Below, piece after piece: positions 17,383-26,762 of a stretch of 27,589 nt of DNA. The notes below the pieces were generated by a model. The model did no database searches. It was given only the letters and a program-made list of their open reading frames with translations, and was not told the origin of the DNA. Positions within the stretch are counted from its first letter, which is position 1. Every line of letters starts with the position of its first letter. The stretch is taken from IMG/VR virus record IMGVR_UViG_2563366982_000007; one strand, 5' to 3'. The position numbers and the translations under genes were made by a program. This stretch comes from a virus (lineage: Duplodnaviria > Heunggongvirae > Uroviricota > Caudoviricetes).

Positions 17383-18435
17383 ATGAATCTGGTGATGTCA
17401 GATATTACCCGCAACAAGCTGGGTTGCTATATGGCGCAGCAGGCGTCGCTTAACAATATCCCGGTATCTGCACTGGTATCGCGATTTACCGTGGAACCCG
17501 CGGTGCAGCAGCGTTTTGAAAACGCCTCAAAGGAAAGTACCGAATTTACGAAAAGAATTAACGTGATCGGCGTGACCGACCAGAAAGGCGAAAAAATCCT
17601 CCTGGACACCACCGGGCCAATTGCGCGCACGAATAGCAGTTATGACGGCATCAAACGCCGTAACCCGAATAACGTGATCGATATGAAGTCTCGTCAGTAC
17701 CAGTGCGAACAGGTGAACTACGATACCTTTATTTCGTACCCACAGCTTGATACCTGGGCGGCCCACAGCGATTTTCAGTCCCGTATCAGTACACAGATCG
17801 CCCGGCAGGTAGCGCTTGATCGCATCATGATTGGCTTTAACGGCACATCCCACGCCTACGAGTCTGATTTTCACACCAACAAGCTGCTTCAGGACGTTAA
17901 CGTGGGCTGGCTGGAGCACATCAGAACCGATGCCAGCGAGCGCGTAATGAATGACGTGACGCTTACCTCCCGCAACATGGACAACACTGTGGCGCACGCG
18001 GGTAAGTATGCGAATGCCGATGCTCTGGTACAGGATGCGCGCTCATCCCTGCTGGATGAATGGCACAAGGAAGCTGACGACCTCGCGGTGATTATGGGGC
18101 GCAACCTGTTTAACTCGCTGCGTCTGCCCGTGCTGAACAGCATCAGCGGCCAGAATCCCAATGCGGAATTACTTGCCGGGCAGCTCATCCTGTCATCGCG
18201 CACCATTGGCGGGCTGGGCGTGTTCCTTGCGCCGTTCTTCCCGGATGCAACGATGCTTATCACCTCGTTCAACAACCTGTCGATTTACTGGCAGAAAGGT
18301 TCAATGCGTCGCCTGATGAAAGACGAGCCGGAATACAACCGCATCGCCACCTACCAGTCCATCAATGACGCTTATGTCGTTGAAGACTATGGCAAGTGCG
18401 CGATGATCACTGGCCTGAAGTTCGCCGACAGCTAA
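17383..18435 (+). CDS. N: Major capsid protein (P2 gpN-like)
   Basis: 350 aa. FTVEPAVQQ, IMIGFNGT and NLSIYW resemble P2 gpN. Follows O as in P2. Confidence 0.85.
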   Translation: MNLVMSDITRNKLGCYMAQQASLNNIPVSALVSRFTVEPAVQQRFENASKESTEFTKRINVIGVTDQKGEKILLDTTGPIARTNSSYDGIKRRNPNNVIDMKSRQYQCEQVNYDTFISYPQLDTWAAHSDFQSRISTQIARQVALDRIMIGFNGTSHAYESDFHTNKLLQDVNVGWLEHIRTDASERVMNDVTLTSRNMDNTVAHAGKYANADALVQDARSSLLDEWHKEADDLAVIMGRNLFNSLRLPVLNSISGQNPNAELLAGQLILSSRTIGGLGVFLAPFFPDATMLITSFNNLSIYWQKGSMRRLMKDEPEYNRIATYQSINDAYVVEDYGKCAMITGLKFADS

Positions 18436-18480
18436 TCAACTCACGGCGGGCATCATGCCCGCCTGTAACGGAGAGAAAAA

Positions 18481-19281
18481 ATGATTACTCCTGCACAACA
18501 ACACTGGCAGAACGTGATGGCACAGCGCGCAGGCCGGGCGAATGAAGGTGTGGACCACGCCGCGCGTACCGCGCATGAAGAGGTGCTGTATCGTCTGCGT
18601 CTGGCACAGGCCAGGCTAAAGGGCGTACAGGCCAGAAGCGCGAAAGCCGCCATCAAAAAAGAGTTGTTGCCGGATTTTTCCGGCTGGATTGAGGGAACGC
18701 TGGAAGCTGACGGCGGGCAGCAGGATGAAGTGATTGCCACGCTGATGGTGTGGGCGATTGACTGCGGCGATCTTCCGCTGGCGCTGCGTATTGGTGCATA
18801 TGTGGTCCGTCACAACCTCATCATGCCGGATAACTTTGGCCGTACTGCTGCCACGGTACTGACCGAAGAAATCTGCAACCCGGTACTGACGCAGGCCGGG
18901 ACGGATGCCGACGCGGATTTATCCGCCTTTATCGAACCACTGGACACACTTTGGGAAATTGTCGCCAACCAGGACATGCCGGACGAAGTGCGCGCCAAAT
19001 TATGCAAGGCGTGTGCCTTTGCCCGTCGTGGCCTGACCGATGCAGACAACATGGCCTCATCACTGAAGCTGCTGCGCGAAGCGATGCACCTGAACCCGAA
19101 CGCAGGTGTGAAACGCGAGATTGCAACCCTTTCCCGCGCCCTGAAAAAAGCCGATTCCGCAGCCGCACCAGAAGACGCCAGCGCACAGCAGACGCAGGAC
19201 GAAAGCAGCAAAAGTAAAAAGACAACGCAGAAGCCTGCAACACGAAAAATCACCGCGTCGCAGAAGGCGAAGCGCGGTTAA
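18481..19281 (+). CDS. M: Terminase small / endonuclease subunit (P2 gpM-like)
   Basis: 266 aa, by position after N and by size. Has a basic low-complexity C-terminal tail. Confidence 0.7.
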   Translation: MITPAQQHWQNVMAQRAGRANEGVDHAARTAHEEVLYRLRLAQARLKGVQARSAKAAIKKELLPDFSGWIEGTLEADGGQQDEVIATLMVWAIDCGDLPLALRIGAYVVRHNLIMPDNFGRTAATVLTEEICNPVLTQAGTDADADLSAFIEPLDTLWEIVANQDMPDEVRAKLCKACAFARRGLTDADNMASSLKLLREAMHLNPNAGVKREIATLSRALKKADSAAAPEDASAQQTQDESSKSKKTTQKPATRKITASQKAKRG

Positions 19282-19384
19282 CGACTGACCCCGTCAGCGG
19301 GCGGCGTGCGCGGTGTTCCGGTTTGACTCCGTGACCGTTTACACCGCGCACCCACCGCCCGATTTTTTTTCAGGAGTGAACTCC

Positions 19385-19879
19385 ATGAGTATGGTTGCCA
19401 GAACTGAACCAGGACCCGCAGAGGACGACATCACCGATACCGATGATGGCGACACTCGCATTTCAGCAGGTGCATTCTGGCCGGATATTGTGCTGCGCGA
19501 GCTGCGTCTGGCGGTACGACTGCCGGGCCGCGTGACCACCTCCCGCCTGCTGCATACCGCCACTGGGGCCGTGGCTCACGTTACCCGCGAACTGGAAGCG
19601 TGGCAGCAGGAACAGCAGGCGGCTGGCCATCAGACGCTGGCCGATGTTCCGGCACCCGTAATTAACGGAGAAAGCGTCAATCTCTGGCACTGGCGCAATG
19701 CTGTTTATACCGCCACACGTGCCCTGATTCTGGAGCGTTACCGCGATGCGGACACAACGGACAAGGGCGATCGCCGGGCGGACGCACTGGATATACAGAC
19801 ATCGGATTTGTGGCGCGATGTGAGCTGGGCCATCTCTGACATTCTGTGCCGCCCGCGAATCTTTGCGGAGTTGTGCTGA
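19385..19879 (+). CDS. L: Head completion / stabilisation protein (P2 gpL-like)
   Basis: From the Met at 19385. FWPDI, LADVPA, GES, ERYRD and LWRD fall in the same order as P2 gpL as recalled. Confidence 0.7.
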   Translation: MSMVARTEPGPAEDDITDTDDGDTRISAGAFWPDIVLRELRLAVRLPGRVTTSRLLHTATGAVAHVTRELEAWQQEQQAAGHQTLADVPAPVINGESVNLWHWRNAVYTATRALILERYRDADTTDKGDRRADALDIQTSDLWRDVSWAISDILCRPRIFAELC

Positions 19880-20079
19880 TGAAAGTGAAGGCACTGGAAG
19901 ACGACACCGTGGATTCGCTCTGTTTCCGGTACTACGGCACGACGCAGGGCGTCACCGAAAAGGTGCTGGATGCCAACCCCGGACTCTGTCAGCAGGTATT
20001 TCTGGACGCCGGGCAGGAAGTGGAGATGCCGGAGCCGGAGAAGAAGAAACGAGAAATGATTCAGTTGTGGGGGGAGTAG
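19879..20079 (+). CDS. X: Tail protein X (P2 gpX-like)
   Basis: 66 aa; ATG overlaps the L stop. Size and position match P2 X. Confidence 0.6.
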   Translation: MKVKALEDDTVDSLCFRYYGTTQGVTEKVLDANPGLCQQVFLDAGQEVEMPEPEKKKREMIQLWGE

Positions 20080-20081
20080 CA

Positions 20082-20405
20082 GTGAGCACCATTCAAACAG
20101 GGATCACAGAGCAGGTTATTGCGTGGCTCTTTGACCACCTGCCAACGGTTTATGCAGTAGGCGCGGCGGTCAGCATTTCCGCGCTGATGAGTCTTTATGA
20201 CGGACGAACACTGGTTCAGACCGTAACGGGATCGCTGGCGTGCGGCGTTCTTGCCATGGCCGTGGCCGGGTCGTTGCGCTTCTTCGGGTTTCCTGAAGAT
20301 GCCGTAACGTTTATCGGCGCATCAATCGGTTTTATGGGGGCAGAGAAAGTACGCGACAAGGTTATTGCGGCCTTTAATCGCAGGGTGAAGGAGAAGGACG
20401 AATGA
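20082..20405 (+). CDS. Putative holin
   Basis: About 107 aa from a GTG preceded by GGGGAG, with hydrophobic transmembrane-like segments. Immediately precedes the endolysin with an ATGA overlap. Confidence 0.5.
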   Translation: MSTIQTGITEQVIAWLFDHLPTVYAVGAAVSISALMSLYDGRTLVQTVTGSLACGVLAMAVAGSLRFFGFPEDAVTFIGASIGFMGAEKVRDKVIAAFNRRVKEKDE

Positions 20406-20794
20406 GCAACACATTTAAATTCAGCAGCCGGAGCGAAAAGAATTTGCAGGGCGTAAATCCTGATCTGGTGAAAGTGACCCGACGGGCACTGGAAATTTCG
20501 GAAGTGGATTTTGGTATCACCGAAGGATTGCGCAGTCGTTATCGTCAGAAGCAGCTCGTGACCACAGGCAAGAGCCAGACCATGAACAGTCGCCATCTCA
20601 CAGGGCATGCCGTGGATGTTGTGGCTTATGTCGGCAACCAGGTGTCATGGGAATGGCCGCTGTACGAAAAAATCGCAGCAGCATTCAGACAGGCCAGCCA
20701 GGAACTGAATATTCCGGTGGAATGGGGCGGCGACTGGAAGCCCCTGAAAGACGGACCGCATTTTCAGTTACCACACGGAGCCTATCCGGCATGA
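20402..20794 (+). CDS. Endolysin, peptidase M15-type (L-alanyl-D-glutamate / D-Ala-D-Ala peptidase fold)
   Basis: 130 aa with zinc-ligand-like motifs SRHLTGHAVD and DGPHFQL typical of M15 cell-wall peptidases. Sits in a lysis cassette between holin and spanins. Confidence 0.7.
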   Translation: MSNTFKFSSRSEKNLQGVNPDLVKVTRRALEISEVDFGITEGLRSRYRQKQLVTTGKSQTMNSRHLTGHAVDVVAYVGNQVSWEWPLYEKIAAAFRQASQELNIPVEWGGDWKPLKDGPHFQLPHGAYPA

Positions 20795-21198
20795 AGCTCT
20801 GGCCCACGCTTGGCGTCGCTTTCCTTCTGATTGCCGCATGGGGAACATCCATGCGTCTGTCGTGGTCGCTGGGCCGGGAGAACGCCAGAAACGAAGCGCA
20901 GGCCAGCACCCTGAAAAGTACCGTCGACACACTGAATATCATCAGCGCCGGGGTACAGGATATGCAGCAGGTGCTGGCTCAGCTCCGCGCGGAAAATCAG
21001 CAACGCAATCAGGACGGAGAGGTAAGACGTGAACAGCTACGCAACGATATTGCAAAAGATGAATGCGCCCACGCTTTGCCTGACGCTCGTTTTACTGACA
21101 GGTTGCGCAGGCACGCAGAACGCGCCAGGGCCAGCGCCGTCAGTCCGGCTTATACCGCAGACGCTGACCATGCCGGTAACGCCCCCCCCCTTCCCTGA
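20791..21198 (+). CDS. i-spanin (Rz-like)
   Basis: N-terminal transmembrane segment MKLWPTLGVAFLLIAAWG followed by a charged, coiled-coil-like periplasmic region. Start trimmed to the internal Met. Confidence 0.6.
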   Translation: MKLWPTLGVAFLLIAAWGTSMRLSWSLGRENARNEAQASTLKSTVDTLNIISAGVQDMQQVLAQLRAENQQRNQDGEVRREQLRNDIAKDECAHALPDARFTDRLRRHAERARASAVSPAYTADADHAGNAPPLP

Positions 21199-21340
21199 CC
21201 CACCCACATGGGGAAACCTCGGAATATGGGGCGACCGCCTTCTGGATGCACTGGAAACCTGTAACGCGGATAAACGGGCCATTGCTGAACTGGATAAGAG
21301 AATAGCCGAACTGACACACCAGACGGGAGTAACACAATGA
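21059..21340 (+). CDS. o-spanin (Rz1-like lipoprotein), overlapping the 3' end of Rz in another frame
   Basis: Lipoprotein signal with lipobox LLTGC and a proline-rich mature region (PVTPPPFPDPPTW). Overlaps Rz, as in P2 lysB/lysC. Confidence 0.6.
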   Translation: MNAPTLCLTLVLLTGCAGTQNAPGPAPSVRLIPQTLTMPVTPPPFPDPPTWGNLGIWGDRLLDALETCNADKRAIAELDKRIAELTHQTGVTQ

Positions 21341-23217
21341 CCAGTAAGAACTTTGCACTGATTACAGCCATGACACAGGCTGAACTGACTCAAAAGGTGA
21401 ATGAACATCTTGCGAAAGGGTGGCATCTTCAGGGGGAGACGCGGGTTGCCTACGAACCCGGCACCCCGTGGTATCTAATGCAGGCAATGGTGGCCGATGG
21501 CACTACAGACATCTCACCTGATTCCCCCCAGCACGGCAGCGTGCCGGAGTGGTATTACGTGGTGGTACTTGCTGGTCAATCCAATGCCATGTCATATGGT
21601 GATGGAATGCCGCTGCCGGATTCTTACGATGCGCCCCACCCACGCATTAAGCAACTGGCCCGTCGCAACACAGTGACTCCCGGTGGTAAAGCATGCGCAT
21701 TTAACGACATCATTCCGGCAGACCACTGCCTGCATGATGTTCAGGATATGAGCGCACTGAATCATCCGAAGGCAGACCTGAGCAAAGGGCAGTACGGCTG
21801 TGTCGGCCAGGGCTTACATATTGCCAAAAAACTGCTTCCGTATATCCCGAATAACGCGGGGATCCTGCTGGTACCATGCTGTCGTGGTGGTTCGGCATTC
21901 ACCCAGGGCGCGGAGGGGACATTCAGTGCGGACACGGGGGCCAGCCAGGATTCGGCACGCTGGGGTGTGGGTAAACCGTTATACCAGGACCTGATCGCAC
22001 GCACCAAAGCGGCATTACAGAAGAACCCGAAAAATGTGTTGCTGGCGGTGTGCTGGATGCAGGGCGAATTTGACATGAGCGCTGCCACCTACGCACAGCA
22101 ACCGGACCTGTTCACGGCCATGCTGAAGCAGTTCCGTACTGACCTTTCCGGATTTAACGCGCAGTGCCATGGCGGCAGTGCTGCAGTTGTACCGTGGATT
22201 TGTGGCGACACGACGTATTACTGGAAAAACACATACGGCACACAGTATGACTCCGTCTACGGCGCGTACAAAAACAGGGAGAGCGACAACGTTTTCTTTG
22301 TGCCGTTCATGACCGACGGTAACGGCAACAACACGCCCACCAACTTACCGGCAGAAGACCCGGATATTGCTGATGCAGGTTATTACGGCGCGCAATCCCG
22401 TAGTAATGGTAATTGGGTATCGTCAAATCGCCCGACACATTTCAGTTCATGGGCGCGCAGGGGCATTATTTCGGATCGCCTGGCAACCGCTATTCTGAAC
22501 GCAGTTGGTCGAACCAGCGCCTTCATCAGCGGTACCGCACCGGAGATTAAACCCTCGCCCGGCGGCGACACTCCATCGGGGCCGTCTGATGGTGACACAT
22601 CCGTTCGTACAGTCTCCCTGCTGCCGACAGCCGGAGAGGCTGCTGCGCAGGGCTGGACCATCACCGGCGGCAGTGTTGCGCTGGAAGATGGTGTGTTTAA
22701 GGTTACCAAGCAGAGCAATAAAACCTGGTCCCTGATGCATCCGGTGGATGACGCAGTCTCCCTGCTGACACGGGGTGGCAGACTGAGCTGTAAGTTTCGA
22801 CTGTCAGGCGCACTGACCAACAACCAGTTCGGTCTGGGAATTTATCTGTATACCGATGTAGCGTTACCTGACGTCGTGGCGATGACCGGGACTGGTAACC
22901 CGTTCCTGATGTCGTTCTTCACCCAGACCACAGACGGCAAACTGAATCTGATGCATCACAAGAAAGCCGGAAACACAAAGTTGGGCGAGTTCGGGAATTA
23001 CAGTAACGACTGGCAGACGCTGGAGCTGGTGTTCACCGCCGGCAGTGCCACGGTTACTCCGAAACTGAATGGAGTGGCTGGACCGGCATTCCAGGTCATA
23101 AAAGACAGTCTGACACTGGGGCTGAATGCACTGACGCTGACGGATATTACCAAAAATGCAACGTATGGCGTCGATATCGGCAGCCTGGTGCTGGAAATCA
23201 ATAATCCCGCAGCATAA
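21337..23217 (+). CDS. SGNH-hydrolase / sialate-O-acetylesterase-like protein (NanS-p-like) with C-terminal lectin-like domain; moron
   Basis: 626 aa. GQSN-type esterase motif in VLAGQSNAMSYGDG. The N-terminal ~50 aa resemble the domain found in prophage NanS-p esterases. Inserted between the lysis cassette and tail gene R. Confidence 0.65.
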   Translation: MTSKNFALITAMTQAELTQKVNEHLAKGWHLQGETRVAYEPGTPWYLMQAMVADGTTDISPDSPQHGSVPEWYYVVVLAGQSNAMSYGDGMPLPDSYDAPHPRIKQLARRNTVTPGGKACAFNDIIPADHCLHDVQDMSALNHPKADLSKGQYGCVGQGLHIAKKLLPYIPNNAGILLVPCCRGGSAFTQGAEGTFSADTGASQDSARWGVGKPLYQDLIARTKAALQKNPKNVLLAVCWMQGEFDMSAATYAQQPDLFTAMLKQFRTDLSGFNAQCHGGSAAVVPWICGDTTYYWKNTYGTQYDSVYGAYKNRESDNVFFVPFMTDGNGNNTPTNLPAEDPDIADAGYYGAQSRSNGNWVSSNRPTHFSSWARRGIISDRLATAILNAVGRTSAFISGTAPEIKPSPGGDTPSGPSDGDTSVRTVSLLPTAGEAAAQGWTITGGSVALEDGVFKVTKQSNKTWSLMHPVDDAVSLLTRGGRLSCKFRLSGALTNNQFGLGIYLYTDVALPDVVAMTGTGNPFLMSFFTQTTDGKLNLMHHKKAGNTKLGEFGNYSNDWQTLELVFTAGSATVTPKLNGVAGPAFQVIKDSLTLGLNALTLTDITKNATYGVDIGSLVLEINNPAA

Positions 23218-23240
23218 GGAAGAGCAGGAGAGCAAAACAG

Positions 23241-23708
23241 ATGTTTAAGACAAACAGTCTGCGAGAGTCCATGCTTCATGGGTGTCGGTGGTGCCAGGCT
23301 AATCCCGAGAAATTCACCATTTTCGTGGAGAGCGGCAACATTGAAACGACCGGGGAAACGCCCTCGTTTGTTTACCGCTATCAGATGGTGATGTTTGTCA
23401 TGGATTACGCCGGAGAGCTGGACGACCTCACGCTGCCGCTGCTGGCGTGGTTATCCGAAAATCAGCCACAGTTGTTGCTCAACCCTGAGCGTAATCAGGA
23501 CATCAAATTCTCCGCCGTTATCAATGACGATGACAGCGCCGATCTCCTGTTTACGCTCCCCCTGCGGGAACGCGTTCGCATTACGCGCAACAGTCAGGGG
23601 ACACCGCAGGCAGAACACCTGCAGGAGCCAAAACCCCGTCTGCCCTCTTCCGAAGGCGACTGGTCGCATGTATTCCAGGATGTGACGTGGGGTGAAAGCG
23701 ATGGATAA
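23241..23708 (+). CDS. R: Tail completion protein (P2 gpR-like)
   Basis: 155 aa (P2 R is 155 aa). Motif pattern NPEKFTIFVESGNI ... AWLSENQPQ resembles P2 gpR. Confidence 0.7.
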   Translation: MFKTNSLRESMLHGCRWCQANPEKFTIFVESGNIETTGETPSFVYRYQMVMFVMDYAGELDDLTLPLLAWLSENQPQLLLNPERNQDIKFSAVINDDDSADLLFTLPLRERVRITRNSQGTPQAEHLQEPKPRLPSSEGDWSHVFQDVTWGESDG

Positions 23709-24336
23709 AGCATTCACCCGCGTGGATGAAACCTTTGAGGCCATCCGCGACAGCCTGAATCAGCAGGCCATCAATAACATCGCCAGAAAGCTGGCACAGG
23801 ATTTACGCCGCGCCCAGCAGGCGCGTATCCGGTCACAGAAAGCGCCGGACGGGACCGCATGGACACCACGCAGACGCCGCGTAACCCGGATACAGGAACG
23901 TATTCGCTTTATCTGGAATAACGAAGCACGCACGCTGAAAAACTGGCATCACGACACGGGGAAATACGGGCGAACCATTACCGGGTGGGATGAGGATAAA
24001 AACAATATCCGCACGTTTTACCGGGATGACATCGACCGTTTTCTGGAAATACGCACCCGGCGCATCAACCAGGACAGCACCAGGCGCGTCCCCATGTTCG
24101 TAAAACTGCGCACCGCCCGCTACCTGAAAGCCCGTGCAGATGCTTCCGGTGTGACGGTGGGTTACAGCGGCGTGGCCGCACGTATTGCACGCGTTCATCA
24201 GTTCGGTGAGCGCGATCAGGTTGCGCCGGGCATTTTCACCGATTACCCGGTACGTGAGCTGCTGGGTATCAGCCAGGCAGATGAGCGCCTGATTTATAAC
24301 ACGGTGCTGGGCCGGATTGCGGAGGCTGTACGGTGA
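23701..24336 (+). CDS. S: Tail completion / virion morphogenesis protein (gpS-like)
   Basis: Assigned by position between R and V. ATG at 23701, with an alternative GTG at 23692. Longer than P2 S. Confidence 0.5.
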   Translation: MDKAFTRVDETFEAIRDSLNQQAINNIARKLAQDLRRAQQARIRSQKAPDGTAWTPRRRRVTRIQERIRFIWNNEARTLKNWHHDTGKYGRTITGWDEDKNNIRTFYRDDIDRFLEIRTRRINQDSTRRVPMFVKLRTARYLKARADASGVTVGYSGVAARIARVHQFGERDQVAPGIFTDYPVRELLGISQADERLIYNTVLGRIAEAVR

Positions 24337-24914
24337 GCGCAGAACTCATGCGACTGCTGAGCAACATCATCCGCACCGGGATCATCTCTGAAGTTGATGA
24401 GAAGTCCTGGCGCGTGCGCGTTCGCAGCGGCGAACTGGAAACAGGCTGGCTGCGCTGGAACACCACGCGCGCGGGAGCCTTCAATGTGTGGCTGCCGCCA
24501 TCACCAGGCGAACAGGTGGTAATTGCCTGCATTGGCGGCAACCCGGAAACCGCCATGATAATTGGCAGCCTGTGGAGTGATGCCAGTCCGGCCCCCGGCA
24601 AAAGCCTGAAAGAAATCGTGGTCAGCGCGCCGGATGGCGCGGTGTTCCGCTACGACGCGGACGCAGGCGCACTGAGCGCCAGCGGCATGAAAACGGCCAC
24701 CCTGCAGGCATCCGTCAGCGTGACACTGGATACGCCCGTCGTGGAATGCACAAACCTTCTGAAAACAGCCGAGATTGACGTCACAAAAGGGGGAAAGATG
24801 AGCGGCAATATCACGCACAGCGGCGGCGATTTCACCTCAAACGGCATCACAGTGCATACGCATAAGCACGGTGGCGTTAAAGGTGGCAGCGATTCGACAG
24901 GAGGCCCGCAGTGA
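24333..24914 (+). CDS. V: Baseplate assembly protein V (spike)
   Basis: IRTGII, WLRW, PSPGEQVVIA, VVECTN, KGGKMSGNITHSGG and GITVHTHKHGG match P2 gpV closely, from memory. Confidence 0.8.
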   Translation: MSAELMRLLSNIIRTGIISEVDEKSWRVRVRSGELETGWLRWNTTRAGAFNVWLPPSPGEQVVIACIGGNPETAMIIGSLWSDASPAPGKSLKEIVVSAPDGAVFRYDADAGALSASGMKTATLQASVSVTLDTPVVECTNLLKTAEIDVTKGGKMSGNITHSGGDFTSNGITVHTHKHGGVKGGSDSTGGPQ

Positions 24915-25261
24915 CAACCCGCTACACAGGAATGAACCCGGACGGAACGGGAAACCTGAACGATATGGAGCACCTGAAACAGTCAGTCAGGGACATCCTG
25001 ACCACCCCGCTGGCAAGCCGGGTTATGCGACGGGAATATGGCAGCCTTGTGCCTGATTTGATTGACGAACCCATGAATAACACCACGCGTCTGCAATGCA
25101 TGAGTGCTGCCGTGATTGCGCTGACACGATGGGAACCCCGCATTGCCCTGGATGCCATCGACGTTGTCTGGAAAGCGGGAGGCCGCGCCGGGGTGACGCT
25201 GTCGGGCACTGTCATGCAGACCATGCAGAATGTTGAGTTAACCATCACGCTGAGGGAGTAA
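24911..25261 (+). CDS. W: Baseplate protein W (gp25-like)
   Basis: 116 aa (P2 W is 115 aa); overlapping start; position after V. Confidence 0.75.
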   Translation: MTTRYTGMNPDGTGNLNDMEHLKQSVRDILTTPLASRVMRREYGSLVPDLIDEPMNNTTRLQCMSAAVIALTRWEPRIALDAIDVVWKAGGRAGVTLSGTVMQTMQNVELTITLRE

Positions 25262-25264
25262 ATC

Positions 25265-26161
25265 ATGCCTGCTGTTGACCTTTCCCAGTTACCGGAACCC
25301 GCCATCATCGCGAAGCCTGATTTTGAGGCAATTCTGGCTGACACAAAGGCCATGATGATTGCGTCCTATCCTGCCGAACAGCGTGAAGCCGTCTCCGCCG
25401 CGCTGGAGCTGGAATCGGAACCCCTGAACGTTATCGCCCAGACAACAGCGTTTCGTGAAATGCTGTTACGCCAGCGGGTCAATGAGGGTGCACGCGCCTG
25501 CATGTTAAGCCACAGCGCCGGGACAGACCTGGACAACCTCGCGGGCAATATGAACACAAAGCGCCTGGTTATCACTCCGGCAACGGATACCACCGACGCG
25601 GTGATGGAAAGCGACACATCACTGAGACTGCGGGCGCAACGGGCGTATGACGGTCTGAGTGTTGCTGGCCCGTCAGGCGCATACGAGTATTTTGCACGCA
25701 GCGCCAGCGGTCTGGTACGCGACGCGCGAGCCATCAGCCCGTCTCCGGCCAACGTGACGGTTTCCATCCTGTCCACTGAAGGCGACGGCACAGCAACGGA
25801 GGCGTTGCTTAATACCGTTCGCGCCGTTCTGAATGCAGAGGATACCCGCCCGGTGGCCGACCGCCTGACCGTACAGAGCGCCAGAATCGTGACATGGCGG
25901 CTGAATGCAAAACTGTACTTTTACCCCGGCCCGGAATCCGAACCTATTCTGGCCGCGGCTGAATCGTCGTTCAGGAAGTGGCTGGCTGAGCAGGGGCTTA
26001 TCGGTCAGGACGTGGCGTTGTCCGCCATTGCTGCCGCACTGCATGTGCACGGTGTGCAACGCGTGGAGATAATCGAACCCACACAGAATATGGCCATCAG
26101 CGACATACAGGCGGCGCGCTGTGAGTCATTCACCATCAGCGAAGGTGGACGCAATGAGTAA
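25265..26161 (+). CDS. J: Baseplate protein J
   Basis: 298 aa (P2 J is about 302 aa); position after W. Confidence 0.8.
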   Translation: MPAVDLSQLPEPAIIAKPDFEAILADTKAMMIASYPAEQREAVSAALELESEPLNVIAQTTAFREMLLRQRVNEGARACMLSHSAGTDLDNLAGNMNTKRLVITPATDTTDAVMESDTSLRLRAQRAYDGLSVAGPSGAYEYFARSASGLVRDARAISPSPANVTVSILSTEGDGTATEALLNTVRAVLNAEDTRPVADRLTVQSARIVTWRLNAKLYFYPGPESEPILAAAESSFRKWLAEQGLIGQDVALSAIAAALHVHGVQRVEIIEPTQNMAISDIQAARCESFTISEGGRNE

Positions 26162-26762
26162 TTCGTTGTTACCACCATCAGCCAGCAATTTCATGCGTTG
26201 TGCCGAAGCCGTCGGAACACGCATTACAGACATTCCGGTAGACCTCAACACGCTGTGGTCGCCGGACACCTGCCCGGTGCATCTGCTGCCTTATCTCGCC
26301 TGGGCGTTTTCCGTTGACCGCTGGGATCGCAACTGGCCGGAAGAGACAAAGCGACAGGTGATTCGTGATGCATGGCTGATACACCGACACAAAGGGACCA
26401 TCAGCGCACTGCGAAGAGCCGTGGAGCCTCTCGGCTACCTGATTGAAGTAAAGGAGTGGTGGCAACTCAACGAGGAGCCGGGAACATTTCGCATTGTTGT
26501 CGGAGTACTTGATCAGGGCATCACCGATGAAATGTATCAGGAACTTGAGCGCCTTATTGCGGATGCAAAACCAGTAAGTCGCCATCTGACGGGGCTGGCG
26601 ATCAGCCTGAGTGTGAACGGAAAGATTTTCGTTGGTACGGGATGCTATCACGGCGATGCCCTGACGGTTTATCCCTACACCCCGGAGTCCATTATTGTCG
26701 AAGGGGATTATTTCCCTGCCCCGGCCATTCATTTAATTGATAATCTGAGAGTAAACGCATGA
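26154..26762 (+). CDS. I: Baseplate protein I
   Basis: Start at MSNSLLPP overlapping the J end; position before the tail fibre gene. Confidence 0.7.
   Translation: MSNSLLPPSASNFMRCAEAVGTRITDIPVDLNTLWSPDTCPVHLLPYLAWAFSVDRWDRNWPEETKRQVIRDAWLIHRHKGTISALRRAVEPLGYLIEVKEWWQLNEEPGTFRIVVGVLDQGITDEMYQELERLIADAKPVSRHLTGLAISLSVNGKIFVGTGCYHGDALTVYPYTPESIIVEGDYFPAPAIHLIDNLRVNA

Noticed and set aside
17527-19253. Minus-strand ORFs antisense to capsid N and terminase small subunit M (17527..17997, 17889..18275, 18453..18740, 18810..19253)
   Set aside because: They overlap well-supported structural genes on the opposite strand and show no independent evidence.
21710-23279. Minus-strand ORFs antisense to the esterase gene (21762..22088, 22383..22823, 22864..23235 and others)
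   Set aside because: They overlap a long plus-strand gene with a clear SGNH motif and show no motifs of their own.
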